From positions 2,432,001 to 2,496,000 of the forward strand of contig OZ220089.1 in NCBI GenBank assembly GCA_964291625.2: DNA of 64,000 nucleotides, written 5' to 3'. This document shows, in pieces, positions 59,130 through 64,000 of this stretch (position 1 is its first letter; each line of letters begins with the position of its first letter). The position numbers and the translations under genes were made by a program. The notes below the pieces were generated by a model. The model worked only from the letters and a program-made list of their open reading frames with translations, was not told the origin of the DNA and searched no databases. This DNA comes from Candidatus Latescibacterota bacterium (lineage in GTDB: Bacteria > Latescibacterota > UBA2968 > UBA8231).

Positions 59130-59918
59130 TCAGGCCGCCAGGGCGCCCTCCCCGAAGACGACCGGATAGGCGGCGCCGCTGCTGCACACGGTGGCCGCCT
59201 CCATGTAGCAGACGCTGAAGGCGCGCCTCGACTGCCGCGTGCGGTTCACGCCCGAGGAGTGCAGCAGGTGGTTGTGCAGCAGCGCCACCTCCCCGGCCTC
59301 CATCACCAGGGGCTCGATGTCGGAGCGGGATGCGATCTCCGCCGCCATCTCCTCGGTGAGGAACCCGGATCCGTGCTCGGGGTTGAGCAGCCGCCGGTGC
59401 GACCCGGGCACGATCTGCACGCAGCCGTTCTCCGGGGTCGCCGGGTCCAGCGCCGTCCACACCGTGACCAGGGGATCCCGGTCGAGGGCCGTCCACCGGT
59501 CCTGGTGCCAGATCAGGTGCGACCCGAGGCCGGAGGGCTTGTTCATGAACATGGCGCGGTAGCAGGCGACCGCCGTCTCCTCGCCGTAGGTCCTCCCGCA
59601 GACGTGGCGGAACAAGGGCTTCTGCAGGTAGGCGAGGAACAACGGATCGATCTCGAGATTCTGGATCTTGCGATAGGCCAGGGTGGCTCCCTTGTGGCCC
59701 TTGGACTGCGGACCGGGCCTCGAGTCGGGGCCGTCCGAGCGGTCCAACTGCATCATCACCTCGTCGTAGTCGATCCCGGCCGTGCCCAGCATGATCTCGT
59801 CGATTCGCCGCTGCAGGCCGGCGATCTCCGCGGCCTCGGCCCGGCCCAGGCGCAGGTACCCCCGCTCCTGGAAGTCGATCCACTGTCGGTCGGTGATGCG
59901 GTCAGCGAGCATGGTCAT
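59130..59918 (-). CDS. PhyH family dioxygenase
   Basis: FQERGYL, MNKP, WHQD, ENGC.IVPGSH, LLHSSG.N, RRAFS. Confidence 0.92.
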   Translation of the reverse strand: MTMLADRITDRQWIDFQERGYLRLGRAEAAEIAGLQRRIDEIMLGTAGIDYDEVMMQLDRSDGPDSRPGPQSKGHKGATLAYRKIQNLEIDPLFLAYLQKPLFRHVCGRTYGEETAVACYRAMFMNKPSGLGSHLIWHQDRWTALDRDPLVTVWTALDPATPENGCVQIVPGSHRRLLNPEHGSGFLTEEMAAEIASRSDIEPLVMEAGEVALLHNHLLHSSGVNRTRQSRRAFSVCYMEAATVCSSGAAYPVVFGEGALAA

Positions 59919-59996
59919 CCTCCATCGACTCAGGGCCAGGCCCGGGAAGGGCGAGCCTCCGGAATCTAAGTCGCCCCGGGGTCAGCGCACCTCCCG

Positions 59997-60830
59997 TCAG
60001 CCCACCAGCTTCCCGTCGTCGCCGAGCACAGGCCGGTTCAGCCGCGAGTGGTACGGGGGCTCGAGGACGGCCCGCTGCTCGGGGGTCATGCCGGCCAGAA
60101 TCTCCTTGGGCCAGGGGTTGTAGCCGGTGGCGTAGGCCAGGTTTCCCGGCGACATGCGGAACAGCACGCTGCGGCGGTCGTGTTCCGCCGTCCAAGGCAG
60201 GGTGCCGTGGGTCACCGCCTCGGTGAAGATCACCACGTCACCGGCCCTGCACGCGACCTGGCGCACGATCTCCCGGTGGGCCAGCCACTTCCTCACCTCC
60301 TGAGGGCAGGCGTAGTTGCCCTTGTGGCTTCCCGGGATCAGGCACAGGCCGCCGTCTCCGGGGTTGCTGTCGGTCAGCTGCCAGGCGGCCACGGTCAGGC
60401 CGTTGTGCATCCGGCCGTCCTGGAAGTGGTAGTACTGATGGCGGTCGAAGCCGGGGCCCGAGGAGCCGTGGAGGAGGTGCCCCTCGGCCCCCTTGCGCAT
60501 GGAGATCAGGCCGCCGTTGTGGTCGAGGCGCCACCCGGGCCCGAGGACGACGTTCAGGCAGGCGACGACGCGGGGGTGGACGAGCATCTCCCGGAAGGGC
60601 TCGCACCACGGCTGCTCCCAGCCCAGGAGCCCGCCCAGGTCGCCGCGCCCCGTGGTGCCCTTCAGGGCGGCGGAGTCCCCCGACAGGGAGAGCTCGCCGG
60701 TGCGCTCGCGGATGAGGTCCGCGTGCCGGTCGACGGCCTCGTTCGCCCGGGCGACCTCGGCCTCGGACAGCACCCCCTCCAGGACGATGTAGCCCTGCAG
60801 GTCGAAGAGGTACTTCTCGATCTCCTTCAC
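59997..60830 (-). CDS. PhyH family dioxygenase lacking the HxD/E carboxylate
   Basis: KYLFDLQGYIV, RLDH, LLHGSSG, GG..LIPGSHK, AGDVVIFTEAVTHGTLPW, RRSVL. Confidence 0.88.
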   Translation of the reverse strand: MKEIEKYLFDLQGYIVLEGVLSEAEVARANEAVDRHADLIRERTGELSLSGDSAALKGTTGRGDLGGLLGWEQPWCEPFREMLVHPRVVACLNVVLGPGWRLDHNGGLISMRKGAEGHLLHGSSGPGFDRHQYYHFQDGRMHNGLTVAAWQLTDSNPGDGGLCLIPGSHKGNYACPQEVRKWLAHREIVRQVACRAGDVVIFTEAVTHGTLPWTAEHDRRSVLFRMSPGNLAYATGYNPWPKEILAGMTPEQRAVLEPPYHSRLNRPVLGDDGKLVG

Positions 60831-60928
60831 ACTCGCCTCGATTCGGAAACGGCCTGACCGGCCTTGAGCCTGCTCTTCCCTATGCGTACGATGCGCGGCC
60901 CCTCGGAGAAGCCCCCAGGAACCCGCCG

Positions 60929-61798
60929 ATGATCGTCGACGCCCACATCCACGTCTGGAGCCCCGACCGCGACCGTTACCCCTATGCTCCCGGGTTCGGT
61001 CCCTCCGACCCCTGGCTGCCCTCCTTCACGCCAGACGACCACCGCCGCTGGAGCGAGGCCGGCGGCGAGCCGATGTGCCTGAACCTGATCCAGATCACCT
61101 GGTACGGGCTCGACCACAGCTACATCGTCGATCTCATCGCTTCCGACCCCGACCGCTATGTCGGCACCGGCATCGTTCCCGCCATCGCCGACATCTCCCT
61201 GGGGCGGCCGGACCGGGCCATGCTCGACCTGGCCGACCGCGGGGTGCGCGCCTTCCGCATCCGGGGCCGCGGCGCCCGGTCCGCCTTCGGCCAGGGAGAG
61301 CGCTGGCTCGATCAGGATGGGTACGAGCGCATGTTCGCCGCAGCCTCGGAGCACGGCCTCGTCCTCAGCTTCCTCCTCGGCCCCCCTGACCTGGCCGAGG
61401 TCGACCGCATGTGCGGGCGCTTCCCGGAGGCGCCCGTCGTCCTCGACCACTTGGGCGGCGTCCGCATCCGCGACGGCCACATCGACCCGGCGGACCTGGA
61501 GGGCCTGACCGCCCTCGCCCGGCACCCGCGGGTCTACGTGAAGCTCGGGCCGATCCACGCCCTCGGCGGAGGGGGCCGCCCCTTCGCCGGCGCCGAGCCG
61601 CTGCTGCGCGCCGTGGTCTCCGCCTACGGCGCCGACCGCTGCATGTGGGAGAGCGACAGCGGTGGTCCCGTCCTGATGGCGGACCCGGCCCGTGACCTGC
61701 CGGCCGCCGTCGACGTCATCCGCAAGGCCGGAGTCCTCACCGACGCCGAGAAGCAGTCCATATTGTACTCCACCGCGCGCCGCCTGCTCTGGCCCTGA
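60929..61798 (+). CDS. Amidohydrolase_2 family protein (close paralog of 41972-42829)
   Basis: IVDAHIHVW, QITWYG.DHSYI.DLIA, VVLDH, YGADRCMWESD. Confidence 0.9.
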   Translation: MIVDAHIHVWSPDRDRYPYAPGFGPSDPWLPSFTPDDHRRWSEAGGEPMCLNLIQITWYGLDHSYIVDLIASDPDRYVGTGIVPAIADISLGRPDRAMLDLADRGVRAFRIRGRGARSAFGQGERWLDQDGYERMFAAASEHGLVLSFLLGPPDLAEVDRMCGRFPEAPVVLDHLGGVRIRDGHIDPADLEGLTALARHPRVYVKLGPIHALGGGGRPFAGAEPLLRAVVSAYGADRCMWESDSGGPVLMADPARDLPAAVDVIRKAGVLTDAEKQSILYSTARRLLWP

Positions 61799-61893
61799 TG
61801 GCCCGGGGCCCGCAGGCGCCCCGGATCTTCCGGATCTGCGGGCGCGCCGGTCCGCCTCGACCCGAACCATTCACAACCGGAGAAGCTCCCCCC

Positions 61894-62778
61894 ATGATTC
61901 CCATCATCGACACCCACCAGCACCTCTGGGACCTGTCGCGCTTCCGGCTCCCCTGGCTCGACGAGGTGGAGCCCCTGAACCGCAGCTTCCTGCCCGCCGA
62001 CTACGCCGCCGCCGCCGAGGGCTGCGGCGTGGAACGAACGGTCTACATGGAGGTCGACGTGGCGCCGGAGCAGATCGCCGCCGAGGTCGACCACGTGGGG
62101 CGGCAGTGCGCCGACCCCGCCGACCCGATGGCCGCCGCCGTGGTCTCGGGCCGTCCGGCGGACCCGGGGTTCGGCGACTGGGTCGGCCGTCTGCGGGACG
62201 AGCCCCACGTGCGCGGCGTGCGCCGGATCCTGCATGCCGACGCGCCGCCCGGAACCTGTCTGCAGGAAGCCTTCGTGGACGGCGTGCGCCAGCTCGGCGA
62301 CGCCGGCCTGAGCTTCGACCTGTGCATGCGGCCCGGTGAGCTGGTCGACGCGGTGAGCCTCGCCGAGCGCTGCCCCGGGACCGTGCTCATCCTCGATCAC
62401 TGCGGCAACGCCGATCCCAACATCGTCGCCGGCGCCGCCGGGCCCGAGGAGGGACCCTTCGGCCACACGGCCGGCCAGTGGCGGGACGGCATCTCCGCCC
62501 TCGGGCAGCAGCCCAACGTCGTCTGCAAGATCTCCGGCATCGTCGCCCGGGTGACCGAGGGCTGGTCGGCCGACCTTCTGGCACCGACCGTGGACCACTG
62601 CCTCGACGCCTTCCCCCCCGACCGCGTCGTATTCGGCGGCGACTGGCCGGTCTGCACCCTGGGCGCAAGCCTCGGGGAGTGGGTGCGGGCCCTGCGCCGG
62701 ATCATCGCCTCGCGCTCCGACGAGGACCAGCGAGCCCTGCTGCACGCCAACGCCGGGCGCCTGTACCGGCTGGACTGA
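61894..62778 (+). CDS. Amidohydrolase_2 family (L-fuconolactonase-like)
   Basis: IIDTHQHLWD, GVRR, FDLC, ILDHCG, VVCKISG, RVVFGGDWPVC. Confidence 0.9.
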   Translation: MIPIIDTHQHLWDLSRFRLPWLDEVEPLNRSFLPADYAAAAEGCGVERTVYMEVDVAPEQIAAEVDHVGRQCADPADPMAAAVVSGRPADPGFGDWVGRLRDEPHVRGVRRILHADAPPGTCLQEAFVDGVRQLGDAGLSFDLCMRPGELVDAVSLAERCPGTVLILDHCGNADPNIVAGAAGPEEGPFGHTAGQWRDGISALGQQPNVVCKISGIVARVTEGWSADLLAPTVDHCLDAFPPDRVVFGGDWPVCTLGASLGEWVRALRRIIASRSDEDQRALLHANAGRLYRLD

Positions 62779-62783
62779 GGCCT

Positions 62784-63776
62784 TCAGCGCTCCTCGGGGA
62801 TCGTCACCGGCCGATGCCCTTCCTGCTGGGACTGCAGGAATCCGGCGATCACCTCGACCACGCGCTGCGCCTCCCGCCCGGTCGAGGTCGGAGGACGCCC
62901 TTCGCGCACGGCTCTCACCAGGCTCTGCATGCCGGCCTCGATCCCCGTCACCGGCCACTCCGGAACCTCGAGGGGTTCCGCCTCCTCGCCGCGGAAGATC
63001 AGCCCGTCATCCGTGCCCGACATCAGCAGGCGGCCGGTGGAGCCGATGACCTCGGTGGTCGACTTCGGCCCCGGCGTCGTCTTCGAGCCGCCGGCGTAGA
63101 AGGCGCGGACCCCGTTGGCGAAGCGGATCAGGCCGTAGGCGCCCGGCTCGGTGGCCGGGTCGTGGCCGCCGTCGCCGCGGTACTCCTTGTAGTCCTCGTA
63201 CCCGGTCTCCAGCTCCGCCACCACCCACTCGGGGGCCGCGTCGGCGTACCAGCAGATGGCGTCGATGGAGTGGGTCCCGTTGCGGTAGAGCATAGCCCGG
63301 CCGCCGCGCAGGGAGCCGACGATGTACTGCACCTCGCCGATCTCCCCCGCCTCGATCAGCTCCTTGGCGTGGGCCCACATGGGCATGAACCGCCGGGTGT
63401 GGTCGACGGACAGGACGGTGCCGTTCCGCTCGCAAGCCTCCAGCATGCGGGCCCCGTCCTCGACCGTGGTCGCCAAGGGCTTCTCGCAGAAGATGCCCCT
63501 GGCGCCGGCCTCGGCCGCATCGACGACCAGCTGGGCGTGGGCGTTGTCCCCCGTGGCCACGGAGACGATGTCCAGGGACTGCTCGTCGAGCATGCGGCGA
63601 TGGCTGGTATAGCGCTTCAGGTCCGGCCAGGTCTCCTGGAAACGCTGTCCGAACTCGTCCAACCGGTCCGTGGACAGGTCGCAGGCCGCCACGACCTCCG
63701 CGTCCTCGAGCCCGGCGATGCCCTGGGCGTGCCGCGCGCCGATGCCGCGGCAGCCGATCACTCCCACTCGGTCCAT
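62784..63776 (-). CDS. Gfo/Idh/MocA oxidoreductase
   Basis: VGVIGC.GIG, IFCEKPLA, DHTRRF, GTHSID. Confidence 0.92.
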   Translation of the reverse strand: MDRVGVIGCRGIGARHAQGIAGLEDAEVVAACDLSTDRLDEFGQRFQETWPDLKRYTSHRRMLDEQSLDIVSVATGDNAHAQLVVDAAEAGARGIFCEKPLATTVEDGARMLEACERNGTVLSVDHTRRFMPMWAHAKELIEAGEIGEVQYIVGSLRGGRAMLYRNGTHSIDAICWYADAAPEWVVAELETGYEDYKEYRGDGGHDPATEPGAYGLIRFANGVRAFYAGGSKTTPGPKSTTEVIGSTGRLLMSGTDDGLIFRGEEAEPLEVPEWPVTGIEAGMQSLVRAVREGRPPTSTGREAQRVVEVIAGFLQSQQEGHRPVTIPEER

Positions 63777-63798
63777 CCGTCTCTCCTCCTCGTTGGGG

Positions 63799-64000
63799 TT
63801 AGCGCGGCGGCGCCACCGGCAGACGCAGCCGGCTCGGCCAGGCCCGGCAGTGATGTACCGTCTGGTGCGCCCGCCGCAGCTCCGCGTCCATGCCGTAGGG
63901 GTTCCCGGTGTTGGGGTTGCGGTCGAAGCGGGGGAAGTTGCTCGACGAGATCTCCAGGCGGATGCGGTGCCCCCGCCGGAAGACGTTAGCCGTCACCCCG
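63799..64000 (-). CDS. CocE/NonD family hydrolase, C-terminal end (5'-truncated by window)
   Basis: TANVF..GHRIRLEISSSNFPRFDRNPNTG...PSRLRLPV. Confidence 0.9.
   Translation of the reverse strand, partial: GVTANVFRRGHRIRLEISSSNFPRFDRNPNTGNPYGMDAELRRAHQTVHHCRAWPSRLRLPVAPPR

Overview
High-GC (by eye about 70%) bacterial chromosome window. It is probably from a Gram-negative FCB-superphylum lineage such as Candidatus Latescibacterota. That is an inference from PorV and FlgD/T9SS-like C-terminal domain proteins, the futalosine menaquinone pathway, and many PhyH, amidohydrolase, Gfo/Idh/MocA and DUF3604 genes. About 60 CDSs are supported. They include a metal-uptake locus (RAPP-ending leader ORF, His/Asp-rich lipoprotein, TonB receptor), a futalosine operon with an embedded xylonate-dehydratase-family gene, and a two-component/sigma54 module upstream of PTS-IIA and an extra sigma70 factor. 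There are also envelope genes and a large catabolic region. No rRNA, tRNA, CRISPR array or transposase was recognised. The most notable signals are: (1) a CruR/DUF2946-like ribosome-arrest leader followed immediately by a multi-stem RNA structure; (2) a 1.7-kb integrase-less XRE-ImmA/PIN cassette flanked by a 65-bp duplication of the 3' end of a DUF3604 gene; (3) tandem NrdR-like boxes beside a near-palindromic sigma54 site in a convergent intergenic region with no ribonucleotide reductase gene; (4) a predicted sigma54 to PTS-IIA/sigma70 cascade. Family names come from motif recognition by eye; no database searches were run.
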